DNA from: Leptogorgia sarmentosa
Taxonomy: Eukaryota
Direction: 5' to 3'
DNA length: 64,000 bases
Assembly: GCA_964658305.1 (NCBI GenBank)
Contig: OZ210885.1
Location: 22,444,001-22,508,000, forward strand
How positions within the stretch are numbered: the first letter of the stretch is position 1; each line of letters opens with the position of its first letter. A model generated the notes under the pieces. The model was not told where the DNA came from, searched no databases, and worked only from the letters and a program-made list of their open reading frames with translations. Of the stretch, positions 51,301 to 64,000 are shown piece by piece. Made by a program: the position numbers and the translations under genes.

Positions 51301-54205
51301 CCCTATCTGCCATCTTGCGTGTTTGGTGCATTTTCTATGTCCAACTTTTTTCTGCATCCATCCTATCTTCTTCGGATCAGTCCTTTTTTATAAACAGTTT
51401 GGAGCATTCTTTGTCGGCAGAGGAAGCTCAGCTTTGTGAAGGAGAGGTCATGTTACAGGAATGCCAGCGTGCGCTAAACTCTTTTAAACATAATAAATCC
51501 CCGGGTCTGGATGGGCTACCCTATGAATTCTATCAGTCCTTTTGGGACACTCTGGGTTCCGACCTAGTGGCAGTCTACAATGATTGCCTGGCACGAGGTG
51601 CCCTTTCCTTTTCCCAGCGCACTGGCTTAATCTCTCCCTTGTATAAGAAAAATGATAGGCTGGATGTTAAGAACTGGCGACCAATTTCTCTTTTGTGCAC
51701 TGACTATAAAATCCTGTCCAAGGTGCTTACAAATCGCCTTAAAACTATCTTATCCTCGGTTATCTCCGAATCCCAAGCATGCGGCGTCCCTGGACGTTTT
51801 TTCTGGCCTGAATGTTAGGGTATTACAGGACATAGTTAATCACTGTAACCATAGCAACACTGGGGGTGCCATCATCTCGCTGGATCAAGAAAAAGCTTTC
51901 GATAGGGTTGGGGGGGTTCATGCTGCGGGTTTTAGAGAAAATGAATTTTGGTCCGTCCTTTCGTGGGTGGGTCAAGCTTCTGTATACGAACATCTTTTCC
52001 CATGTTTTAGTGAATGGTTTTACCAGTGGCGCCTTTAGTGTCACTCGGGGAGTTCGTCAGGGGTGCCCTCTCTCTCCTTTGCTTTACATCATTGTAGCTG
52101 AAACAATCTCGTGTGACATTAAAAAGGACTTAAATGTCGACGGCTTTCAGTTGCCGCATGGGGACTCTGTAAAAATTTTTCAATATGCGGACGATACATC
52201 CATTATCGGAGCAGGCCCTCCGGTCACTTTTCTCACTTTTCGCACGATACGAGCTGGCTTCCGGTGCGAAGCTAAATATTAACAAAAGCCATGGTCTCCT
52301 TTTCGGGTCCTGGAAGGATCGGACCGATTTACCGATCCAATTGAATTGGTCTAGCGAGGCTATAACCGTGATCGGTTGCCGGATAGCAAATGTGGAGGGA
52401 GCGGATTGGCACACCATTGTGGAAAAGTTGGAGCGGCAGTTGGGTGTCTGGAAACAGCGCCAACTGTCGTTTCGGGAAAGAGCTCTAATCGTCAATACTC
52501 TTGGCCTGTCCAAGGTACCAGGTACCAGGCAACATCCTTTGATATGCCTAAAGTAATTGCAGCTAAGATTAACAAGATTGTTTTCCCTTTTGTTTGGGGG
52601 AAGAAGAGAGAGTGGATGGCTCGCACCTCCGTCGTTCAGCCCACCACTGCAGGGGGCTTGAATGTTGTCGACATCCACAATAAACTTTTGTCTCTTCGGG
52701 CCGTATGGCTCGGCCGGTTTTTCCTCCACCATAGACACCCGTGGTCATCCCTTTTTTCGCAACTTGTTGCTGGCGTGTTCGGCCAGTCGGTGCCAGAAGT
52801 ACTTGCTCGTGATCCTCTGCCAGCCTACCTAATAAAAAAACTCCCTCCTTGTTATCGAGGTGTATTAACGCCATGGGTCCTCCTCAAAGGCAGGAGTGAG
52901 CAAGGGTGAATGGGTAATTCCTTGCCCTTCGGGGCATTTGCTTCCTATTTCTGAGCTGACCGCTTGCGCAGGGTATTTTTTCCCTGCTTCGCAGCTCATC
53001 AACCGTCAAACACCGGTCAGTTGCAAAGTTCCGCGAGTGGGGCATTGATGTCCCATGGCTGACTGTATGGACATCCTTACACCTATGGCGTTTTGTGCGA
53101 TCTGTACAAGACACTGCCTGGCTGTCGTTCCACGAAATACTCCCGACAGCAGACAGGTTAGTGCGATTTGGCATGCGTGTCGATCCTCGGTGCTTCTGTG
53201 GCCAGCAGGAGACATTGTTGCACCTATTCACCGACTGCCCTTTTGCAATAGCAATTAAAGCATGGTTTCATGCACAATATGCTAAGTTTCGGCCAAACGC
53301 TCCCCAATTATCAGCATTCCACCTCCTTTTCACTTTTGCCAACGATCATCAGGTTCCTGTAGCTTTTTCTGCCCTGCTGGGTGTGCTACGACACCACATC
53401 TGGTTAAGCCGCAACGCTCAGCGGTTCGATCATGTGGCCCCAGATGTTCAAGCAACCATGAAGAAAGCCAAGACCACCTTTCGCTTTCTGGTGCGCATGC
53501 ACAAACGACATTGCCCTCGGAACAGCTTTGTTCATCAGTGGCTGGTTGACGGCCTGATAGGGACGCTCACTGAGGAAGATTGGATCAGATTCACAAGGGA
53601 CTTCATCACCTAAGTTCCCCTTCTTCTCTCTCCCTTCTCTCTTGCTTTTTTTCCGTCTTCTTTGTGTTTAATGTAGTGGTCCAGGGGCTCGACGGTCGCC
53701 TTTACTGGTTGTACTGTCGTCGCCTTCTGGACTCGTTTGTTTTTGTATAGTTGTCTTTGGACTGGACAGCACATTTGTTTTCATGTTTAATGTTGGTTTG
53801 TATTGTCCTCCCATGAAGATCTGGCGGTCGCCTTTATTGGTTGTACTGCCTGTATCGGATTGGGTTGTTTGTTTGTTTCAATTTTTGCCGTGTGGTTCAC
53901 TTGGACTTGTTCCAAGCGGGTTGCACAGGTGTTGATCTAGGGGTTGCTGCTCATGTTGTAATCGTCTAGCTTAACATCATCATCTGACCATTTCACCATC
54001 ATTAGCTTAGGGATCCCTGGGCGTGAAGGTGGATTGCACCGGATCGTTCAGGCCACTCACGGTTGCATCATGGCACGAGGGAGGGGCTCACGACCCCTGT
54101 CGATCCGCGTCACCTGTAGTGACCCCCCTGGGTGCGGCGACTTGTTTGGGTCCAGGCTCCATTGCACCGTCGGAGTCGACAAGCCCGTCGTCGTTCAACT
54201 CAAAA
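48366..54205 (+). mobile_element. Tx1-clade LINE, family A copy 2, near full length, 3' end at U2 nt 22
   Basis: ORF1 about 48831-50041 (CFGC..GH...C); ORF2 50121-53613 with frameshifts; ends CAACTCAAAA|TAAGATC. Confidence 0.93.
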
Positions 54206-54374
54206 TAAGATCAAGTGTAGTATCTGTTCTTATCAGCTTAATATCTGATATGTTAGGCAATGTCCTAACTCATATATTAAACTGATTTTTGGACCTTGGC
54301 CATGGGATTGAAGCTTGCTTCGCCCTGGCCACGGGTTGTCTCGGTATTGCACTACCTCCAAGTACGGCCCACTT
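54206..54374 (+). pseudogene. RNU2: U2 snRNA nt 22 to end
   Basis: TAAGATCAAGTGTAGTATCTG...GTATTGCACTACCTCC. Confidence 0.95.
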
Positions 54375-54580
54375 CCCCCAATTTCATTATTCCTCTCAGG
54401 ACGTCTGGCAGCGGTATTACACCGGACTCTTTACTGCGGCACCCTGCGATACATCTGCTCAGGATAAGATGCTGTCAAAGCTGTCTCGCCGCCTTAGTAA
54501 GGAGGAACGTGCGTGTTGTGAGGGTCTTCTCTCTTTAGAGGAGTGCTTTACTGCCTTATCTGGTATGGCTAGAGGAAAAG

Positions 54581-57500
54581 GCTTGTGAGCAGAAGCGACG
54601 AATAGATATTGTTGGAGATTCGATGCTCAAAGGTTTGAAAGGGCATAAAATGTCCAGAACCAACAAGGTTAGAGTGAGTACATTTTCTGGCTGCTCTACT
54701 AGAGACATGTTTGACTATATTAAACCAACTATAAATAGAAAACCCGATCAACTTATACTGCATGTTGGCACAAATAGTTTGCGAGATTGTTCCAGCCCCA
54801 CTGAATGTGCTGGCGAAATCATTGATCTAGCAAATTCAATTAAAGATTCATTGCCCACAACTGAGTTAGTTGTGTCAGCCTTAATAACACGCTCAGATAA
54901 TACAGAACTTGCTGGACAAGTGGGCGAGGTTAACGAAATACTCAGAGAACATTGTGACAAAAAACGTTGGACTATATTAGAACATTCTAATATAACAAAA
55001 CGCCATCTAAATCGAAGTTGACTACACTTAAACAAAGAGGGAACAACTCACTTAGCATGTAACCTCATTCAGTGTATTCAGCATGGTAATAAATAGGATA
55101 ATGCCGAGTGGGAGGCCATAGATAGACAACGAATATACATAGAAATAGATGCCAATAGTACGACAATTCATGAATCATCAACCGAAGCAAGCGAACGGCA
55201 TAATACATTCGGTAATGGCTTAGTAATGGCCTCGCTGAATATAAATAGCTTACTAGCTCATATTGACGAAGTTAAGATATTTATGAGTACTAATGCACTT
55301 GATGTGCTGATAATTAACGAAACGAAATTAGATAGTACGATTTGTTAGATAAACAATGAGTAACTGTGATGTCATTCCTTTGTCACGTGTCATGATCACA
55401 TGAACACTACGATATGAAATACAATAGCGCACTGCATACATTGTTAGTTTTGTAGAGCACATGGTTAGTTGATGAGCTCTGTAATTTTATGTTATATTAA
55501 TAAATGTTCCTCTTGTAAATTCCACCGTCATGAGTTTAACACGATTGATAATCAAGAAGTAAACATACCGGGTTACAAAATAATTCGAAAAGACAGGAAA
55601 ATTAATGGCCGTAAAGGTGGTGGAGTTTGCATATACATACGGTATAACCTAAATTATTCTGTAAGAGATGATTTAGAAGTAGAAAATTTAGAAAATCTGG
55701 TGATCCAAGTAAATAAACTAAGATCCAAACCAATATTAATTAGCACTTGGTACAGACCTCCCGATACACCTATTGCTATCTTTGATAATTTTGAGGAATT
55801 GCGAAAATGGACTCAACTGGCCACGAAATGTTTTTACTGGGCGATTTTAACGTTGATTTTATGCCAGATGTAAATGCAAACAATACCCATAAATTCAAAG
55901 AGATCTTTTCTACCTATGGTCTTGGAGCAGCTGATTGCTGAACCCACTAGAATAACGTCAAACTCAAGTACATTAATCGATCTTTGTGTCACAAATACCC
56001 TAAGTAAAATAATTAATTCTGGGGTTCTTCACCTGGGTATCAGTGATCACTCGCTTATCTATATGACGTATAAAACAAAATATGAGCGGACTGGAAAACG
56101 TATTATTGAAATAAGAAGTATGAAAAAATTTAGGAAGGAGCAATACCTATGGGATTTGGAGCAGCAAAATTGGAGTGATGTTAAGTTAAGTAGTGATCCA
56201 AATACAATGTGGTCCAAGTGGAAGTCTCTGTTGATGGAATGCATTAATAGACACACTCCACAAGACATAAACGAGTAGGTAATAAGAGATCTCCATGGAT
56301 TACTAGTCAACTGCAACGCGAAATGCGCAAAAGAGACCATCTAAAACAAAAGGCAATACGAGAAGACAATTCCCAAATCTGGGAACAGTTTAAACACGCA
56401 CGAAATCACACAAACAATCTTATTAAAACTGCTAAACGTGAATATTTTGTAAATAACTTTGAGGTCAACAAATCAAACTCCAAGGAGACGTGGAACTTGA
56501 TTAATCAATTAAGTTCTCGATCGTCAAAAAAATCGGCAAATATCTCTGAGATAAAAACGGGGAGAAATGTTGTAAATACACCCACAGAACTGGCTGAGAC
56601 ATTTAATTTACATTTTTCGACTGTTGGTAAAAACTTGGCTGCAGAAATACCAAATGAAAATATCGAGCCTGAATCCTATATGCAACCTACTCAACATAGA
56701 TTTTCCTTAAAAGCACCCACAGCCAGTACAGTGTACAAACTACTGGAAAATATAAATGTTCGAAAGGCTACTGGCCTTGACGGGGTTTCAAACAAACTAT
56801 TGAAATTTGCGGCACACATAGTAGCCCCTTCACTTACGGAGATATTTACTACGTCCATAAATACGGGGATTTTTCCAACTGAATGGAAAATCGCCAAAGT
56901 AACGCCAATTTTTAAAAAGGGCAAAAAGAATGATCTGAATAATTATAGACCGATTTCAGTGATTCCGACAGTAGCAAAAATATTTGAAAAAATTATTTAT
57001 GAACAATTATTTTCATATTTTAACGATAATAATCTTCTGACGTTTTGTCAGTCTGGATTCAGATGATTTCATAGCACGCTCGCTGCCCTAACTGAGGCAA
57101 CGAATAGCTGGTCCGTCAATATTGATAACGGGCTATTAAATGGAGTTGTATTTCTTGACCTCAAAAAAGCTTTCGACACCATTGACCACAGCATAATATT
57201 ACAAAAACTTCAATTTTATGGTATTGAAAAAGAATCACTTAAATGGTTTCAATCGTATCTTGATAATCGAAAACAAACGTGCTGTGTCAATGGATACACG
57301 TCGAATTCGCGATCCGTTTCATGTGGAGTACCTCAGGGTAGTAATCTTGGTCCGTTTCTCTTCCTTATATATATAAACGACCTACCAAATTGTCTCAGCA
57401 CGGCTTCTCAGAGAATGTTTGCAGATGACACTAACGTAAGTTTTGCATCACCCACTTTATCTGAACTCGAAAACGTGTTAAATCGAGAACTTCAAAACCT

Positions 57501-58435
57501 CAATATTTGGTTGAAAGTTAATAGGCTCAGCCTTAATATTGCGAAAACTGAATTTATGATAATTGGGTCGCGCCAACGATTGAATGTTAATGCTAATGGA
57601 AACATTAACATTACAATCAATGACCAACCGATTAAAAAAGTAAAGGAAACGGAACCATTGGGCATGACAATAGATCAACACCTCTCTTGGTCCAAACATG
57701 TCGAGGAAAAATCGAAAAAGATTTCCTCAGCTATTGGTGCCCTTAAGCGCATAAGACCTTTCATAACATTAGATGTCGCCGATAAAATATATAAAGCAAT
57801 AATCCAGCCACATATTATTGTTCCACGGTCTGGGACGGCCTTGGTGTGACTTTGCTTGACAAAATTCAGAAATTACAAAATCGAGCTGCAAGAATAGTAA
57901 CGCAGTCAAGTTATTATACCAGTGCAAGCAGTCTCTTGAGAGAGCTGGGCTGGGACAATGTTTCCACTCATTGGAAGAAACAGAAAGCAATCCTAATGTT
58001 CAAAACATTGAACAATAGGGCTCCTGAATATTTACGAAATCTTTTTTCCGATCGTAACACGCATTATAACAGAAACGCTGGTGGTAAACTCAACGTACCA
58101 CATCCACGCACAGATTATATGAAACGAAGCTTTAGCTATTGCGGGGCACATCTATGGAATAATTTGCCCGAATCTATTCGTACTATAAAATCACTTGGAA
58201 ATTTTAAAAGAGCTATTCAAAACTATTATAAAAACGATCAGTAGACTCCCACACGGCAATCTTGTAAAACAGTAAATATATATATAAATTGTAAAATATG
58301 TTAGTATATATGACTTAGATTTTTATTAGATAACAAGTATAGGTTAAGTTTTCTTTTCTTTGAATAATATAAATATATACTGAAGATTCTACCGTGTTTA
58401 AATAAAGAATGATTGATTGATTGATTGATTGATTG
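54581..58435 (+). mobile_element. CR1/L2-group LINE with SGNH-esterase ORF1 remnant, APE and RT
   Basis: Motifs VGDSM, HVGTN, LHLN, YRPP, SDH, GVPQGS, FADD; AATAAA plus (GATT)n tail. Confidence 0.92.
55343..55541. mobile_element. Solo LTR (199 bp)
   Basis: TGTTA...TAACA termini; 5-bp TSD CGATT; internal AATAAA. Confidence 0.85.
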
Positions 58436-59916
58436 AAGACTCTGGGTTCCGATGGCTTTCCCATGGAGTTTTACCTCAAGTTTTGGTCATGCCTTGGCGC
58501 TGATCTGGTTCATGTCCTCAACGTTGCTTACGAGGCCAGCCAGCTTTCCACCTCTCAACGTCGAGGTCTGATCATAGTACTCTACAAAAAGAATGACCGC
58601 TTGGAGACAAAGAACTGGCGGCCGATTAGTCTGCTCAATGCAGACTATAAAATAGCTACTCGCGCTATTTCGGGTCATCTCCTAGCCGTCATCGGGTCTG
58701 TTGTAGGGCCAGATCAAACATGCGGTGTTCCAGGCCGTACCATCTCAGAACCTCTTTCTGATCTGTGATCTAATTGAGTATGCGGAGCATGAGGACATTC
58801 CCCTCGCTCTGCTCTCTTTGGATCAAGAAAAAGCATTTGATAGGGTCGATTGGGGTTTTCTTTTACGGACTCTGGACACCATGAATTTTGGTTCGGATTT
58901 CTGCCGGTGGGTAAAATTGTTTTACTCCGACGTAGAATCGGCTGTTGTTATTAATGGCTAGACCTCCTCCTTTTTTCACCCTTCACGGGGTGTGCGGCAG
59001 GGTTGTCCACTTTCTCCACTATTGTACGTTCTGTCGATTGAGGTGTTAGAGAATTCACAAGGCAGTTTGGAAGTTCTTCTGGTCTGGCAAGCGGGATCTT
59101 GTTGCCCGCAAAATAGTCTGCCTTCCCAAATCCAAGGGTGGATTTGGAGTTATTGACTTCCAACTCAAGGCAGATGCTTTTGCACTTCAATGGGTAAAAC
59201 ATTTGTTTGCCGAAGATCGCGGCAAATGGAAGGACTTTTTTGCCCATTTTGTTTCTGCCTCACTTGGTTGCGAGCCTCGTGAGGCCCTTTTATCTTCCTT
59301 TTTCCAACGTCGTTTGAGAGCCTTGCCCGAGTTCTATCGTATCATCTTCCGGGTGTGGCAATCTCTCGACGGTGGTCTTACCGGTAATGACTTGTGCATT
59401 GCTGCCTCGTCTGCCTCGTCTGCCTCGTCTGCCTCGTCTGCCTCTCCACTACTAGTGGAAAACATATCTAGTCGAAACGTGTACCACATTAGTCAAAATA
59501 ATTTAAACAGCCAGCCACATTGTATTGCCAAATTTACGCCGCAGTATGGACCTCTACACTGGCCCCAAACTTGGAGTCAGCTCCATCTATGTCCATTTGA
59601 CCGGCTGGTAATCGACCTGAATTGGCAAATAGCGCACAGCATTCTATACACGGGCTCTCGCTTGGGAACCCGCTTTAACATGCCCAACATCGATACGCGC
59701 TGTTTCTGTCGAGCAGATGAAAAACGTTAGAACATCTGTTGTTCGAATGTGAGCTGGCCCGCCTTTTGGTGGCATGGGTACACTACAATTTATGGCAGAT
59801 ATGTCCTACTGCCGCACCATTTACCGTCACAGAACTCTTGTTCGGTTTCTCGTCCGAATGACGGCGCATCGTGCCCCCAATCATCGTGTGGATGCTCCAT
59901 GTTATGAAACATACCA

Positions 59917-60921
59917 TCTCGGTTAAGTTAGATTTCGAGACTTGGTTCTCAGTTAATTTAGTTCTCGAGACTTGGTTCTCGAGTTACGTACTGTGTGTTT
60001 TCGAGACTTGGTTCTCGTAGTTAAAGCTCTACCTCTTTCGAGACCTTTTTGTTCTCGACGTTAAATTTTGCCTTTTCTTTTTTCCTTTTTCTCTTCCCTT
60101 TTTTCGAGACTTTGGTTCTCGAATGCAATTAGTAAATAAAATATAATAATATAGTATAAAAGTTTAGTAATATCGTGTGGTGAGGATGATTCCTCACGTC
60201 AATCGCACCTGCGATGTGGTCCTCTCGGATCATATAGAGGCTCATAGAGTAAACGTTAAGGAGGTCATAGATGAATTCCGTGGTCAAGTAGATGACTACA
60301 CCTCCATTTTCGAGGCTATCGTGATGATGGCCCCTGGCCGGTTCCGTATAACCTTTAAGGGTGCACGGAAGATGGAAGCTGCCGAGCACTCGGGTTTGCT
60401 AGTGCAGGTTTCCCTGTAGAATTCAGGCCAATCTCCAAATACACCTGGGTAAACGTTACCCGCTTATCATACGGCGTACCTGAAGTAGAGATCACAAAGG
60501 TGTTAAGTGGCTTCGGTGAAATCAAAAAGATCTCGTCGGAGGTCTATTCCCACATATACACTGGTGTGAGACATGTGTTGATGGAAAGCCGTCAACCTAT
60601 ACCCTTCCGCATGTGCATCGCTGGCCATTGGTGCTTTGTCCACCATAAAGGCCAGAAACGCCTTTGCTTTGGCTGTGGCCAAGAAGGCCACAACCGCTCA
60701 GACTGCCCTAGTCGCGTGCGAACAGAAATCCCAACCGAAACAACGTCCGGGACGTCTAACGTCCAGTCTGGTGCTCTTGTCGGAGATGCCAGCGGGCAAG
60801 TCCACCAGACAGCCGTGGACAACGTAACGAAGCCTTCTGTGTCTACCGACCCATCTCAGTCCGGTACTTTGCCTCCGATTCCATCGGAGTTGGAAACCGC
60901 AAGCCCATCCGAGTCAGGCGT
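59917..60921 (+). mobile_element. Tx1 family A copy 3 (5' UTR repeats and ORF1 fragment)
   Basis: MIPHVNRTCDV..., CFGCGQEGHNRSDC. Confidence 0.9.
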
Positions 60922-63900
60922 GTAATTGTAATTGAAATTGTAAGATACATAGGCAGCTCGAAAGCTGAATTGCGTATTTACAAAACTACATATAAATAAG
61001 ACTAGTTCTTTAAAAATTTAATTTAAACAAGTTGCTGGTGAGACACCAAGTTTAAAATTGTCAATCGTGACTGCTGTTTTTAATAGCAGAGGCCATAATA
61101 AAAGTATCTCTAAAACGGTTGGTACTCCAATTGGGAATGTCAAAACGCCTATTTCGTCTTAATTGATAAGTTGTTTCGTGGATCGGAGGTAAAAGCTTAT
61201 GCAACTTATTATTTTTGTCATTCACGACCGAGTCGAAGAAACCCCTGCATGTTGTATCACCATATGACAGAATAGATGGAATGTTCGTTTCTACCAGGGC
61301 TTCGTGGTACGTTAAACCTGGATCGATGATTGAGAGGGCCCTTTTTTTTGTACACATTCCAATTCGCTTTGAAGATATTTCGGTAAAGCATAAAAGAATA
61401 CTGGCATTGCGTAGGTCAAAAGGGATCGAATACATGTGATGTAAAAGAGCACAAGATCCTTTCGGGGTAGATTTGCTCTCTTTAATTGTACTAGAAAGTA
61501 AAGCCGTTTCGCCGCTTTCTTTATTACATTGTTGATGTGAGCGTTCCAGGAGAGGTCACTAGTTACTGTGACCCCCAAGAATTTTGCGCTTTTAACAATT
61601 TCTAATTCTTTTCCATTCACATAGATCGGCTGAAAATCATCTTGATTCCTGGCAAAACATACCCGTAGTTCTTTGCATTTTTCGTCATTTAATATTAGTT
61701 TATTATCTAAGGACCACTGAGCAACGCTGTCGACGATGTTCTGTGAGTAACTCGAATGTCCCTTTGCTACGATTTCTGAGGATGTTGTATCATCAACGTA
61801 CTTCCACAAATAGGCATTTGTATCGTTATTATGAGCTAAATCATTCATTAATAATAAAAACAACCACGGTCCCAGCTTTGTCCCTTGTGGGAGTCCAGAG
61901 GGGACTGAGCCCCACTCGGAAAAACAGTCATCAGCAAGTTTAGTTCGTTGTAAACGGTTAGATAAAAAATCAATTATCCAGTTCACTACACAGTTTGGCA
62001 GATCCAAAACACACAGCTTCTCGACTAGTATAAGGTGGTCTATTAAGTCGAAAGCCTTTCGATAATCAAAAAGTATGGTCCTAACAGTGGCGCCATTACC
62101 ATCTGTTTCACTAGCCCAAACATGTACCATATGGATAAGCGCATGAATTGTTAAAGACTTGCGTATTGCACCATATTGATTTGGGTCCAGAATCTTTAAA
62201 ACAGCAGGCTTTACATAGTCTTGTACCACAAAGTTTTCAGCAACCTTTGACAGGCATGCTGTTAGAGATATGGGTCTCAAGTGTTTGTTCAAGTTTTCCA
62301 CATGTTTTACTTTAGGCAACGGAATTACATTAGCAACTTTCCAAATAGATGGGAGTTTCATTTCTCTAAAAGAAGAGTTAATGATTTTACTCACAGGATA
62401 TGCGAGGAGTATGGCAGTAGCCGGGTCGGAATATCATCTGGACCACATGCTTTTGATGGATTTAACTTTGCTAAAGCTACTTGGACTTGTAACTCCGAGA
62501 CTTTAGGGTAGACCGCGGATTCTTCTACAGGTAAACGGTTTAGTGGTTGGGGTGATCGATATTCTTCTAATGGGTCAAGAAAAGCTTTATTTATTGCCGC
62601 CGCCAATTCCACCTTTGAGACATTCTTGGTGCTTTCGACTTGAATTTGATTAATCAGATTGTCAGTGAAGGATTTAGAGCCGCATAGCCTTTTTACTTCT
62701 TTCCACCATACTTTCGGATTTTCTTGTTTCATGTGTTCCACTTTGGAATGATAAAATTTTGCTTTAAGCAATTTCCTTTCACAAATTTACTACGTTTCTA
62801 TAAAATTTATACTGTGGTGACTCAGTTCCATATTTGTGAAAGGCATTTTGTCGATTTAGAATTAGAGACTTCACATGTGCGGTCATCCTAGGGGCATCAG
62901 TTGTATTTACGCGAATCCGCTTTACCGGCATTAATATGTGAAGCCCCGTGTGCACTACATTATTAAAAACGTACAGCAGATCCTCACATAATATTAAGGA
63001 TGAGAAAAGTATAGGCCAATCAACACCACTAAGATACCTCCCCATCTCAGCCTTTTGACTAGCCCGTTTATCGCGACTGTATACGATTTTAGTTGTATTA
63101 AAATGTTCTCTTTCTTTCCCCTCGACCGTAACTGCATTATGATCTGAGAGACCAAACGGTGGAAACGTACATGGGTTCTCATAATAGTCATGCATATTAG
63201 TTAATATTAGGTCAAGAATTGCGTTTTTCCTTGTTGGTTTTTTAACGATCTGTTTGAGCCGGAAATGTTTTTTGATGGTACTAATATTTAAGCCATTAAA
63301 ATCACCAGCAATGATAACCCCGCAATTTGGGTATGTTGACTCGGCCTGTGCTAAACTTTGGAACAAATGTTCGCGCATATAATCGTTCTCACTTGTTGAC
63401 CAATGAGGATGATAGATAACTGCAACAATAAGGGAGGAAAAACCTCTGGGTAAGCGTTTCGGACATAAGTGAAGCCATAAAATTTCATGATTTTCACAGC
63501 ACGAAAGTGACTCCAATTTTCTACACTTAAAACAATCATTTGTAATATAAATACCAATACCACCATGGCTGTCGGACAAACGATCTCTCCTCATCAACAA
63601 AAATCCAACAATATTCACAACACTGTCTGTAATAGTTGGCCGTAACCAAGTTTCAGTAACCAATGCAATACTGATCTGATTACGGTTAAGGAATTCTTGA
63701 ACTTCTTCGATTTTAGGTACCAAAGACCTAACATTTGTCACCATGATTTTGGGGACGTAATAAATGTTGTTTACACTAATGTCTCCATTTGCTGAAAAGG
63801 AGCTGGGGTTCGGGTTTGGGCAGAAACTTTGTTGAGATGTTCTTTCCAAGATCGTTTCTGTTCGAACAATGCATTCATCCAGAAAAAATTTTGGTGGTGC

Positions 63901-64000
63901 CTTTGATACAATCCATTTCGTCTGCGAGGTGGTTCCGAAGGTGCCTTAGAGCGGCTGTCGATCGACTTGGGTTGGTGTTTAAATTCAAAATTGTGACGAT
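60922..64000 (-). mobile_element. CR1-group LINE (APE and RT), degenerate, running off the window end
   Basis: Motifs VTETW, GDFN, SDH, PQGTKLGP, KYVDD; short (CAATT[A/T])n tail. Confidence 0.9.

Larger units (their letters stand above)
54392..59916 (+). mobile_element. Tx1-clade ORF2 fragments (54392-54580, 58436-59916), split by a CR1/L2 LINE
   Basis: MARGK|TLGSDGFP continuity; motifs KNWRPISLL, LDQEKAFDRV. Confidence 0.82.

Noticed and set aside
59403..59445. (GCCTCGTCT)x4 repeat and poly-Pro tract at 42860-42935
   Set aside because: Simple slippage repeats inside decayed LINE ORFs.

Overview
Eukaryotic, almost entirely transposon-derived DNA (inference: marine invertebrate, probably cnidarian-like). 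It is built around remnants of a linked U2-U1 snRNA gene repeat. One full-length U1 gene lies at 3269-3432 (-). Every U2 copy is broken by a retroelement: a Utopia-type RLE element at U2 nt 38/39, a Tx1 family at nt 21/22 (TSD TAAG, two junction-bearing copies), a second Tx1 family after nt 46, and an unclassified 3' end also at nt 21/22. The best lead is that both unrelated element types at U2 nt 21/22 carry a hairpin with an AUUGCAC loop about 30 nt upstream of their 3' junction, which mimics the U1A/U2B'' (SNF) binding loops of U1 SLII and U2 SLIV. The rest is nested TEs. An ankyrin-containing Academ-like transposase (7.9-28.3 kb) is interrupted by a Copia with TG..TA LTRs (itself holding a MULE with a zinc-finger gene), a CR1/L2 LINE, a hAT-like element and a piggyBac. 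AcademX, Tc1, a HECT-bearing element and many MITEs are also present. Family assignments come from motif recognition only; no searches were run.
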